Origin: a virus
Strand: one strand, 5' to 3'
Length of the DNA: 64,000 bases
Virus record (IMG/VR): IMGVR_UViG_3300035698_004199
Coordinates: 1-64,000 of that record
The notes under the pieces were generated by a model, which did no database searches, was not told where the DNA came from, and was given only the letters and a program-made list of their open reading frames with translations. This document shows positions 27,903-37,600 of the stretch, piece by piece; positions within the stretch are counted from its first letter, which is position 1, and the number at the start of each line of letters is the position of its first letter. The translations under genes and the position numbers were made by a program.

Positions 27903-29114
27903 TTGACGGACACCACACTACCTATAACTACACCAGAACAAAGGGCACCCTATTATTCTGATGTAGAGGCCCTTATTAACCCAGGGTTTCTAACACATTC
28001 AGTGGTGGTGGGCGGCGTTCAAATGTCCTTCAGGTCTTTGGGGCCCGGTGACATCTTTCTTCTACAAGCTCGTGTAGGCCAAAACAAAGATGATAGTACT
28101 TGGAAGCTGTGGACCATAGCATCTTCTATATGGCTTCTGGATGGCTTTGTGCTGTTAGGTGATGCCCATGCAACTCCCTATATCAAAAAGAGTCTGGAGA
28201 GGCTTCCTAAAACGGTTAAAGACACATTGTTTAGTTTGGTGTTGGGGCTTTTTAGTCGCCAACAAGTTGCCGCTACTTCAGTGGAATCTTTCAGCTATGA
28301 AAACAGCTCCCGTTATCTATGGAAAACTTTTGCAGAACATGTGCCTACGGCACACGCAGGTTTGGTGGGTACTGAAACTTTAGGGACTAACCACGCCCAG
28401 CGTATGTGGACTTTCTATAATGAGATGGAAGACCGGAGGATCAAGGATGAGACTGCTTGGGAGGGGTTCAAACTTGTAGCATCTGCCACTGCTGGTAAGG
28501 GTATCCAAAAGATTGATCAGCGAGATAGGGAGCAACGTGAAAAGGAAAAAGAACGCAGGCAAGTAGTTCAGGATAAGTTTTACTATACGAAGCTGGGTTA
28601 TGATATTCCTGATGAGGCCCCGCTAGAAAGTAAACTAACAGGCCGCCATGCTAAAACGGTAGAGGATCTATCTTCTGAAATGCGTAACTGGGTGTCTGGC
28701 CAAGAGGACTTCCATGATCAGATTGTTCGTGAATACAAAGAACGGGTGACAGCACAGTATGAAGCAGAGCAAAAAGCCCGTGTTGACCGAGCTGAAGCAT
28801 TCCATAAGAAAATTGCTGAATCCGAATTAGGTTTACAGCCTACAACAAACATGGTGGGTTATTCCAGTACACAGCTACAAGAATTACTAGGCACCCGTAA
28901 GCATGGTGCTGGTGGTCGTTTCCTACCTTCTGAAGTGCCCATAGTTCAAGATAGCCTCTATAATAAGTTCTTAAAGAGAGCCCCAAGTTCGGGGTTGCTA
29001 CAAGTTTCAGGGGATAAGATGGAAGTGGTAGGCGGCCCTACAGGTCCTGTAAAGGATTTAACAGCTTTGATTTCAGAACGTAAGGTTCCGTTTAGCTCTG
29101 AAGAGGATAGTTAA
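27903..29114 (+). CDS. Putative second tail assembly chaperone
   Basis: Between chaperone and tape measure; SRYLW..TNHAQRMW..N..ED pattern; TTG start. Confidence 0.5.
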   Translation: MTDTTLPITTPEQRAPYYSDVEALINPGFLTHSVVVGGVQMSFRSLGPGDIFLLQARVGQNKDDSTWKLWTIASSIWLLDGFVLLGDAHATPYIKKSLERLPKTVKDTLFSLVLGLFSRQQVAATSVESFSYENSSRYLWKTFAEHVPTAHAGLVGTETLGTNHAQRMWTFYNEMEDRRIKDETAWEGFKLVASATAGKGIQKIDQRDREQREKEKERRQVVQDKFYYTKLGYDIPDEAPLESKLTGRHAKTVEDLSSEMRNWVSGQEDFHDQIVREYKERVTAQYEAEQKARVDRAEAFHKKIAESELGLQPTTNMVGYSSTQLQELLGTRKHGAGGRFLPSEVPIVQDSLYNKFLKRAPSSGLLQVSGDKMEVVGGPTGPVKDLTALISERKVPFSSEEDS

Positions 29115-32100
29115 TGGCTACGAATAACACAGTATTAGATGTATTGCTCAGAGCGGATACAGGAGAGTTTAAGAAAGACATAGCTAGTGTAGCTACAGAC
29201 TATATCACAACTATGTCGCGGGGGTTAGCACAGGCAAACCTTAAGATACTGAAGGATCGGTCTAGTCAATTAGAGAGAGATACGCAGAAAATAAAGGCTT
29301 TGGAGAGTCGGCTGACTGGTACAAGTTTATCCTCAGAATTACGTGCTAGGCTGGAGAATGAAAAGAAGGTTGCTCTAGCCGCTAAAAAACTATCAGAAGA
29401 AGATTTTAAGAAACATATAGCACAAGAGAAAAAGCTTACCTCAATCCGTAAAAAAGATTTTCAGAAGGTTGCGGGGGCTAAAGAAACAAGTCAGTATCAT
29501 GCAGCAGCAGGTGCTGCTATTGGAGCAGGGATCGGAGAGGCTTTTTCAGACATTACTTCAAAAGACCTAACCCGTATGATCCAGGGGCCGATTAATAAAA
29601 TGGGTTCCTTGTTGGAAAAAGCCGGAGAGGGGTTAATGAAAAAAGCCCCTGAAGGAAGTGTTGGCGGGCTCATGTCAGGTACAGGAAAGATGCTTGCTAC
29701 TTTAGGCCCCGCTATTGCTGCAATAGGTGCTATAGCAGGAGCTTTCACGGTATTATTGGGCATTGTTTTCATGGCTGACTCTAAAACCAAAGAGTACAAC
29801 AAAACCTTGCTGGACTCTGGAATTGCTGGGGCTGATGTTGCAAGGAAGACCTCGCAAGTAACAGCTTCTTTTACAGAGATGCACAAGGCATTTAGCAACA
29901 CAGATCTCACAAAAAACTGGAGTATTCTAGTTAAAGACCAGATACAACTATTAGGGGCATTTGCGGATGCGGGTGTGCCCATAGCAGAATTTCAACGTGG
30001 TGTTAGTGGTGCTGCAGCCCAGATGAAAACCTTAACGGAAGCTACAAAGGTTGCTGTAGTCTATTCTAAGCTGCTGGGATTGTCTTCACAGGAGATTGCA
30101 ACCACCACAGCAATTTATATGTCTGAATTAGGTATGTCACTGCAAGGGGTGCAAGAAAGGTTCTCTGCTATCGCACAGGCCGCCGAATCTTCTGGCTTTA
30201 GTACCAAGCGGTTCATGTCCATGTTAATCCAGGCAACTTCTTCAATGAGTATGTATAACGTGCGGCTGGAAGAGGCTGCTGGGCTTTTGACCGACTTAGG
30301 GCAGATCTTGGGACAGCGTATGGGGGCCGATGCTTTGGGCAAGATGCTTCAAGGCATGAAGGGTGCTTCTACACAGGATTTGATCAAGCGTATCAAAGTT
30401 ACGGGTAAAGGCAGGTTCGCTGAAAACGCTCAGATAGGTGCGACGGCTCAAACTGGTGAGTTTATGCGGAAAGCTCAAGATCAAAAGGGTGCTGTAGGGA
30501 TGCTAAGGGCCGCTGGTATTGATACAGAAGGGACTGATACTGATATTGCAAAACAGTTTGCAAAACTAAGTAATAAGGAGAGGGGGTCATTAGTAGCTGA
30601 AATCCGTAGTTTGAAGCCCGGCTTAGCCACAGCTTTACTGACAGCTATTGATTCTTCCCAGGCATTCAATGGGACAGTGGGGAGTTTGGCTACAGCTGCA
30701 AGAGCTTTAGGCCCAGCAGCAAACATGCTTTTAGATTACGCTCAAATTGAAGGTGCCCCAGGCGGTGGCCCATTAGAAAAGTTAAATCTAAACAACGAAA
30801 GAACTATGATGGCTTTGGAAAACATTACAGGTAAGTCGGCAGAGGACATTCATGTAATGCGACGGATTTGGGATGAGTTTTCTGCTAGGGATCGTGAGAT
30901 TGCAGCATATCAGGAGAAGATCAAGGGGGGGGTTTCTTCAGGGGACACCGCCGCTTTTAAAGCCCTTTCTCATGCTTGGGGTATTGAGGTAGATGAAATC
31001 TCAGGACAGCTCTATAAGGTTGTGGGTGATAACAGGGTGGCTATTGAAAATGGTATAAAAACTCTTATCACATCTACAGGGGACGCTATAGTGAAGGGTG
31101 CCTTACCTGAAAAGGTGTCTGAAGATTTGGAACGTGCCCGAGAAATTTCAGATAATACCCGTGATATCAGTCAGTTCCTAGAATCTACTGTAGAGCAACT
31201 GTTAACGGATATTTCTTTAACTGTTCGGGATATTTTGGGGTACTTGCCCGGGGGCCAAGAAAAAGCAGTTGCTAGGGAACTCCAAAAAAAAGAGGTTGCT
31301 ATTGCAACTTCTAAAATTAAAGAAAAAACCGCTTTTGTAAGCCAAGCAAGACAATCTGTCTTAGGATCTAATACTTATGATTTAGAAAAGGAGAATGCCT
31401 TGACAAAGGCTCAAAAGGAATTGGAGGGAGCTAAGCGGGAACTTCAAACAGCTAAAGAAACTTATACAGAGTTGATTAGCTCAAGTAAAGGCGTGCTTCC
31501 GAAAGGTGGTGCAAACGCAGCTGAGATTGTAGCCAATGCTAAAGCAAATATTGCTCACAGGAATCTGTCTCCTGAAGGCCAACAGGCAGTCTCAACTGCT
31601 GTGACAGCAAAGACTACACACTTACGTCGCAACTACCCACATGGTGTACACGGTTCTTATTTTCCTGAAGGTATGGAGTCCGATAATTTTGCTGACATCC
31701 CAAAAGCAACTAGGCAAGCTATTGATGAACAAACTAAAATAGAAACAGGAGTGAGTCAATCAATTTTTGAAAAAGAAAAGCAAGATGATAAAACAGCTGC
31801 TGATAAAGCTAGTAAGGCTCAACTTGAGAATTTTAAAACAGCCCTAGAGTTTCAGAGCCGAAAAGAAAAAGAAGCAGCTCTCAGGGCCATTCTTGCTGGC
31901 AGCGGCATCTCAGAAAAAGGCGTTAATACTCCTGGACTTTTAGATATGATCACTTCAGGTGCTCCGTTATCTGCTGAAATGCAAAAGGTACTCCCCGAGA
32001 TTTTGCCCACACTAGAGAACGCTGGTATTCATCGTGGTGCCCCCATGGCCAATGACTTAGTAATGCAAGTAGGGGCCAACGGCGTAAAATTTGCACAGCG

Positions 32101-32263
32101 AGTAGACCCCGGTGATGTGGGTGTGTTCTCAAAACCAGGGGGTGCGATAGCACAAGCGGGAAGGGGTTCCTCAAGCGGGGGCGTAACAAACTTCCATCTT
32201 TATGGTGAAGGCATCAGCAATATGAAAATGATTGAACGTGCTTCAGAGGCAGGGCTGATCTAA
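29114..32263 (+). CDS. Tape measure protein
   Basis: Ala/Gly/Lys-rich helical, one hydrophobic segment, canonical position. Confidence 0.7.
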   Translation: MATNNTVLDVLLRADTGEFKKDIASVATDYITTMSRGLAQANLKILKDRSSQLERDTQKIKALESRLTGTSLSSELRARLENEKKVALAAKKLSEEDFKKHIAQEKKLTSIRKKDFQKVAGAKETSQYHAAAGAAIGAGIGEAFSDITSKDLTRMIQGPINKMGSLLEKAGEGLMKKAPEGSVGGLMSGTGKMLATLGPAIAAIGAIAGAFTVLLGIVFMADSKTKEYNKTLLDSGIAGADVARKTSQVTASFTEMHKAFSNTDLTKNWSILVKDQIQLLGAFADAGVPIAEFQRGVSGAAAQMKTLTEATKVAVVYSKLLGLSSQEIATTTAIYMSELGMSLQGVQERFSAIAQAAESSGFSTKRFMSMLIQATSSMSMYNVRLEEAAGLLTDLGQILGQRMGADALGKMLQGMKGASTQDLIKRIKVTGKGRFAENAQIGATAQTGEFMRKAQDQKGAVGMLRAAGIDTEGTDTDIAKQFAKLSNKERGSLVAEIRSLKPGLATALLTAIDSSQAFNGTVGSLATAARALGPAANMLLDYAQIEGAPGGGPLEKLNLNNERTMMALENITGKSAEDIHVMRRIWDEFSARDREIAAYQEKIKGGVSSGDTAAFKALSHAWGIEVDEISGQLYKVVGDNRVAIENGIKTLITSTGDAIVKGALPEKVSEDLERAREISDNTRDISQFLESTVEQLLTDISLTVRDILGYLPGGQEKAVARELQKKEVAIATSKIKEKTAFVSQARQSVLGSNTYDLEKENALTKAQKELEGAKRELQTAKETYTELISSSKGVLPKGGANAAEIVANAKANIAHRNLSPEGQQAVSTAVTAKTTHLRRNYPHGVHGSYFPEGMESDNFADIPKATRQAIDEQTKIETGVSQSIFEKEKQDDKTAADKASKAQLENFKTALEFQSRKEKEAALRAILAGSGISEKGVNTPGLLDMITSGAPLSAEMQKVLPEILPTLENAGIHRGAPMANDLVMQVGANGVKFAQRVDPGDVGVFSKPGGAIAQAGRGSSSGGVTNFHLYGEGISNMKMIERASEAGLI

Positions 32264-32967
32264 TGGCATTAGGCACAGCAAGAACTAGAACCCCCATCTT
32301 TAAGTCGGCTTTTAAGTCCGCTCAGGATGAGTTTGATCCTAATCTTGCAAAACGCCCCTTTGTGTTTGATATCTTGGGGCCCGACATGGAGACCAGCATT
32401 CTACCTGAATCCTTGAAGATGGTTTTGCATGTACCGCCACAGTCTATCTCTTTCAATTATGCCAAGCAGATTGAAAGGATACAAACTAGAGGTGGCTTTG
32501 TAGAACAGCACTGGGGAGAAGGAGTCCGTAGTTTTGATCTCAGTATGGTTACAGGTGGCTTTATGCGGCTCTATTCTGGAATGTCTAACATTACAGGTGG
32601 TACAGGGGCCTTTGATGCGGGCGGTTCCCGTAGGGAGACAATCGCTTATGATAAGTACCTAGACCTTCTAGCCCTGTTCCATAACAATGGCAGCATTTAT
32701 GATAACACAGGGAAGATTGTATTCCAGGGTGCTATCAAAGTAACTTTTGATGGTGGTATCTATCTAGGGTGGTTTGACTCTTTTGGTGTGCTGGAAGATG
32801 CTACACGTCCTTATTTATTTACACTTACAACAAAGTTTACTGTAAGTCAAGAACTACTGAGATTCAGGTCTACACCAACTCGGACTACTGGTACTACTGG
32901 AACAACAGCAAAAGACTTTGGATCTACTATTGAAGGTTTCTTAGATCAGACTGGAGGCAATGGCTAA
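32263..32967 (+). CDS. Baseplate/tube initiator (gp48/gp54-like)
   Basis: PQSISFNYAK..IQTRGG.VEQHWGE..YLGWFDSF..EDA..PY.F. Confidence 0.6.
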   Translation: MALGTARTRTPIFKSAFKSAQDEFDPNLAKRPFVFDILGPDMETSILPESLKMVLHVPPQSISFNYAKQIERIQTRGGFVEQHWGEGVRSFDLSMVTGGFMRLYSGMSNITGGTGAFDAGGSRRETIAYDKYLDLLALFHNNGSIYDNTGKIVFQGAIKVTFDGGIYLGWFDSFGVLEDATRPYLFTLTTKFTVSQELLRFRSTPTRTTGTTGTTAKDFGSTIEGFLDQTGGNG

Positions 32968-34664
32968 TGGGTGTGTCTGGTGGAATTATTAAAATAGGTC
33001 CCTTAAAGCTTGGTTACCAAGTCAATACGGGTTCTGGAGAATCCTCTGGAATCAGTTTTGGCCCTACAGATGGTGGTGTGTTTGCAAAGGTCACTATGCC
33101 ACAGCAATCTCAAGTGGACACTTTTGGTGGTTTAGATGCCACACCTATTATCTCAGACCCTACAACGACTACTTATCAATTTGCTGCACAGTGGGACTCG
33201 CCACCAGAAGTACCTGTAGCTACCCTACCTGAAGTCTTACCACCTCCCCAAGTACAAGCACCTAAAACCCGTAAAACTCCAGTGAGTCCAAAACCAGTTA
33301 CAGGAAGTGGTTCAGAAAGCACTCCTGACACAGTACCAGGACCCGCTATCCCTGCATTCGTTGCAGCACCCCCTGTAACTTCCAACACAGGCTCCCTAAC
33401 AGACTTACAGCAGACATTCCAGGGAACGCCTTTGTCAAAGCTTGAAGGGGCTGACAAGGCAGCACGTCGTGCTGCAAATTACAATGAGAATCGTGGGCAG
33501 CAAATAGAACAAGCAGTTTCAAACCCCCCGGTACCCAGAGACTTCATAGCCTTGCAGACAGGCCCTGAATTTAGTGCCGAGCATGAGGCCCCAACTGCCC
33601 GTGCAATATCAATGGCAGACCCTCTACTACGTAAGTTATCACCGTTCTTAATTCAGCTAGAGCCACCTTTGGTTTTTGGTGATGATGGTGGGTTTTTAAA
33701 CAAGGATAATAATTCAATCCCAGTAGATACTTATGGACGTGCTGCTGGTGGTTTCCGTGGTTATGACACAGCAAGAGCTTCTGTTGCTCAGTCTGTATTG
33801 GCTACTGGGGTCAATGGCCAAGTTAGTTCAATGCAGGAGTTTATCAATGTGAACGGGGGGAAGGCTGCAAAATCCAAAACTAGTTCAGCTCCTTCTACAA
33901 ATGGATCCCGCTTAGGAGAACCTGCTGTTGCAGATCTGTTGGCAGCGGTAGACGTGGCTTGGCAGCTTTCTGCTATTATGCAGGCCCCGCCGCTAGTACT
34001 GTTGATCAACCCTGCAAGTTTACAGTTGTCTTTTAACAAAGTACAGCAGTTTCAGGAACGTACACGCTATGGGTATCTCTTCCATGCTTGGGGAGAGGAA
34101 CAGCCTCGGCTACAAGTCACAGCTAATTGTGGTGCTTTCATGTCTGCGGGGCGTGGTGTTCAGTATGCCAGTAAGCGGGACTCAGCGTCATGGCAGAACT
34201 TGATGACGGCTTTCCAGTTCTACAAGAATAACGGTTACATATATGATACTATTGGGAAGTCTAATGCTCATCATTTTGTAGGTGCTTTATCTATCCATTA
34301 TGATCATTGGATTTATTATGGGCATTTTGATAGTTTTAGCTGGTCACATGACTCAACTAATGAGTTGGGTGGGGTAGGGTTTGAAACGAGCTTTGTGGTA
34401 TCTGCTATGGTAGACACGGCACCACAACCTTTTGTGGTTACTCCGATGAAGTCTCCAACACCTAGTGCTAGTGACCCCCGGTATCAAGGTATGAGAAACA
34501 GGGCGCAAAATGTTCCGGGTGAGATATCTGTGGGGTCTTTATTTACTCCTGTGGGTTCCTCTCAGGCCCCCTCGGGTTTTCAGAATTTCGCTTCGGTAAT
34601 TGGTCCGGGGGAAAGATCAGTAAATGTAGCTCCAGCTGGTAAGGCTGGAGCATTTAGATTGTAG
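32967..34664 (+). CDS. Second baseplate/tube initiator with long Pro/Thr-rich N-terminal extension
   Basis: C-half paralogous to previous gene (INPASLQLSF..RTRYG..WGEE..YYGHFDSF). Confidence 0.6.
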   Translation: MGVSGGIIKIGPLKLGYQVNTGSGESSGISFGPTDGGVFAKVTMPQQSQVDTFGGLDATPIISDPTTTTYQFAAQWDSPPEVPVATLPEVLPPPQVQAPKTRKTPVSPKPVTGSGSESTPDTVPGPAIPAFVAAPPVTSNTGSLTDLQQTFQGTPLSKLEGADKAARRAANYNENRGQQIEQAVSNPPVPRDFIALQTGPEFSAEHEAPTARAISMADPLLRKLSPFLIQLEPPLVFGDDGGFLNKDNNSIPVDTYGRAAGGFRGYDTARASVAQSVLATGVNGQVSSMQEFINVNGGKAAKSKTSSAPSTNGSRLGEPAVADLLAAVDVAWQLSAIMQAPPLVLLINPASLQLSFNKVQQFQERTRYGYLFHAWGEEQPRLQVTANCGAFMSAGRGVQYASKRDSASWQNLMTAFQFYKNNGYIYDTIGKSNAHHFVGALSIHYDHWIYYGHFDSFSWSHDSTNELGGVGFETSFVVSAMVDTAPQPFVVTPMKSPTPSASDPRYQGMRNRAQNVPGEISVGSLFTPVGSSQAPSGFQNFASVIGPGERSVNVAPAGKAGAFRL

Positions 34665-34671
34665 GTTTGTA

Positions 34672-37600
34672 ATGGGACTAACACAACGGCCATATATAGG
34701 TACTTGGAGTATGGGGCAGAGAAAAGTTCTGCAACAGACCCCTGATGCTTTAGTTTACATAAACGGGGATATCTCAATCCCAGGCTGTGCCCGTTGTAAC
34801 AGTCGTATCAACATCCAGAACTTTGTAACATCTGTTTCAGTGGATGCTGGGACAACAGCCACTTCAGCTTCAGCCAGTATATCACTTTCAGTTCCAGTAC
34901 ATCATTTAGATTCCTTTGTTCGGGATGCTCAGTTTATCTTGCACCCAGGGCTTGAAATCCATATTTATCAGCGCGGCTATTTTGCCGTTAAAGGTTTGTA
35001 CGACAACCTGCCTGTAAGTACAACAAAGGAAGCTACCCAGGAGACTTCTTTTGCTACAGTAACTTCACAGAAGGCACCTCCCAGTAGTAATTCAGAGTAC
35101 ACACCTGAAAAACTGTTTGGGCGACATTATACTAATGCATCCCCTGACATTCAGGCTAATATGAAGACATTGATTCCAAATATTCAAACAATGGACCAGT
35201 ACTTTCAATCTGTATATGGTGGCGGGGCGCATGTAGTAGTCACCAGTTCCTATAGGACTCCCGAGACAAATGAAACTACTGGGGGTGCGGATAAGAGCAA
35301 GCATCTGCAGGGGAAGGCCATAGACTTTAATGTGGAGTTTGAAAACGGTAGTGCTTTACGCAGGGAAGAAGTTTGGGCGGGATTGCAGAAGCTTCGTGCT
35401 GAAAGCTATATTCAAAAGGGTGGGATCGGTTTTTATGGCCCCCAACAGGATGGTGTGTTAGTTGGAGAACAGATTTATCGTGATGGTACGTCAACAGATA
35501 ATATACATTATGATAATGCGGATGGTGGGGACAGAGATTGGTTGTGGTTTACTTCAGATAGAGAAGGCGTGCCCGCTCAAAGAACCAGTCCAAATAGTAC
35601 TAATGCACCGATATTGCAGAAAACTTTAGATAGAGTAAACGCAGAAGACATGCCCTCTTCTGTACTATCCTACAACCAGCAGACCGGTACCCAAGAGGTT
35701 TATGCTGAAGTTACAACAACGGATGGAGTTGTACAAGCACAAGTAGGCAGTAACATATTGACTGAAATGGGTCTTACAGACATGGACCTAGAGAACATGC
35801 TGGCCTATCCTTACTATCAAACTTTTCACGGGGTAGTGACTGCTGTAGCAACAACTTGGTCTGCAGGTAATCAGAATATTACATTGTCTTGCAGCTCTAT
35901 ACTGCATTTCTGGCAATACCATAAAATGTCTACCAATGCAGCATTGTACGGTGTTAAGCCCACTAATTCTAAAGTTAAGTCCTCTGCTGTAGGGCATAAC
36001 TTTACGGGCATGCACCCTTACGAAATTATGTATGCCTTACATACAGACACAGCAGGTGCTGCTGGTGGTATTGCTTGGCACCTTTCACAAAAGACAAATC
36101 AACAGGCTCGTTATCAAGGGCAAGACCTTTGGGGCATTAACCTGAAGTACTGGGAGCGTCGTTTTGGACAACGTGAGATCAAGCTCCGATTACATGGAGC
36201 TACCGGAGAGATTTTCAATGCAGCACAAGCAGCATTTTTATCACGGTTATCGGGAAATGAACTGACTACTCTTTTGAGGCATCGTTTTAACACACCTGAA
36301 AACAAAAGAAGGGCTGTGAGCATTCTGTCCCAAGCAAGACTGTTGGGCTTGACAGGGGAAAAGAAAGACGTTTTTGCGGGTGTTGGAGCACTGACTTCGG
36401 GTCTCTCAAGACCTGATGCTAACAACGAAATCAACTTGGCTGAAATGCAGGCTTTTGTTACTAATATAGCACAGTGGGGGCAATACCAACTTTTTGAATC
36501 CACGTATGCTTCTAAACTGGACATAGCAGAACAAGTCTGTCAAGTAACTGGTTTTGAATTCTATCAAGATGTAGATGGGGACTTTGTGTTTAAGCCTCCT
36601 ATGTACAACCTCGACACCTCAGGCAGTAGGGTTTACCGAATAGAAGACATTGACATCATCTCTATTAACTTTGATGAAAAAGAACCTCTGTATACTTACT
36701 GCACCGTAAAGGGTTCTCAAATTAAGAACACCCAAGGGACAGGTCTGGAAAGCGAATGGGGTGTGCAAGGACAGTACATAGACTACAGGTTAGTAGCTCA
36801 GTATGGGTGGCGTCCTTTAGATTTTTCGTGTGCTTATTTTAATGACCCCAAGAGTATGTTTTTCGCGGCTATTAACAGACTAGACATTATGAATGCACCT
36901 GTGAAAACGGCAACCGTAACTATTCCTGAGCGGCCTGAGATTCGTCCAGGGTATCCTGTCTACATTCCTTACCTGGACTGCTTTTACTATTGCAATAGTT
37001 TTGCACATAGTCATCAGGTGGGCGGTCAATGTACGACAGTACTACAGTTGATTGCTAAGCGTGCAAAATTCTTTGCTCCCGGAGATCCTAATAAAGTCAA
37101 CGAGGGTGTGGGTGCTATAAACCTAGCATACACAGCTTTACCGGCTACCCCTTTACAGGTTCAAGACTTGGATGGGCGTAGCAGGCTTTCAGGGTTCCCA
37201 AATGTAGTCATGGCTCTGGATCCTAATTTGATTAGCCCGAGTTTTTTCTTGATCGGGGCTGATGTTGAAAGTATGGATACGGAAGAATCTTGGCGTGGTC
37301 TTTTCCAGATGGCAGTAGATATGAAGGTCCTAACGAAACATGAAGAGGAACCTGGTAAGTATACAATGTCGCAAGATGCAACTTCAGATGTAGTTTTTTG
37401 GTTTCCTGAGGACGCCCGTTCTGCGGCCCCCGCCGGTGCCAAAGATGTAAACAAACTAATGGCTGAGTATTCTGAACAGCAGACAGATTATGAAGAGGGT
37501 TTGAAAAAAACTCAGGCGAAAATAAACAAGGCTGCTACAAAGATTTTTAGTAATGCTGCACAGCTAAATGCAATTAAAGGGTCTAAAGCTGAAGCCAGTG

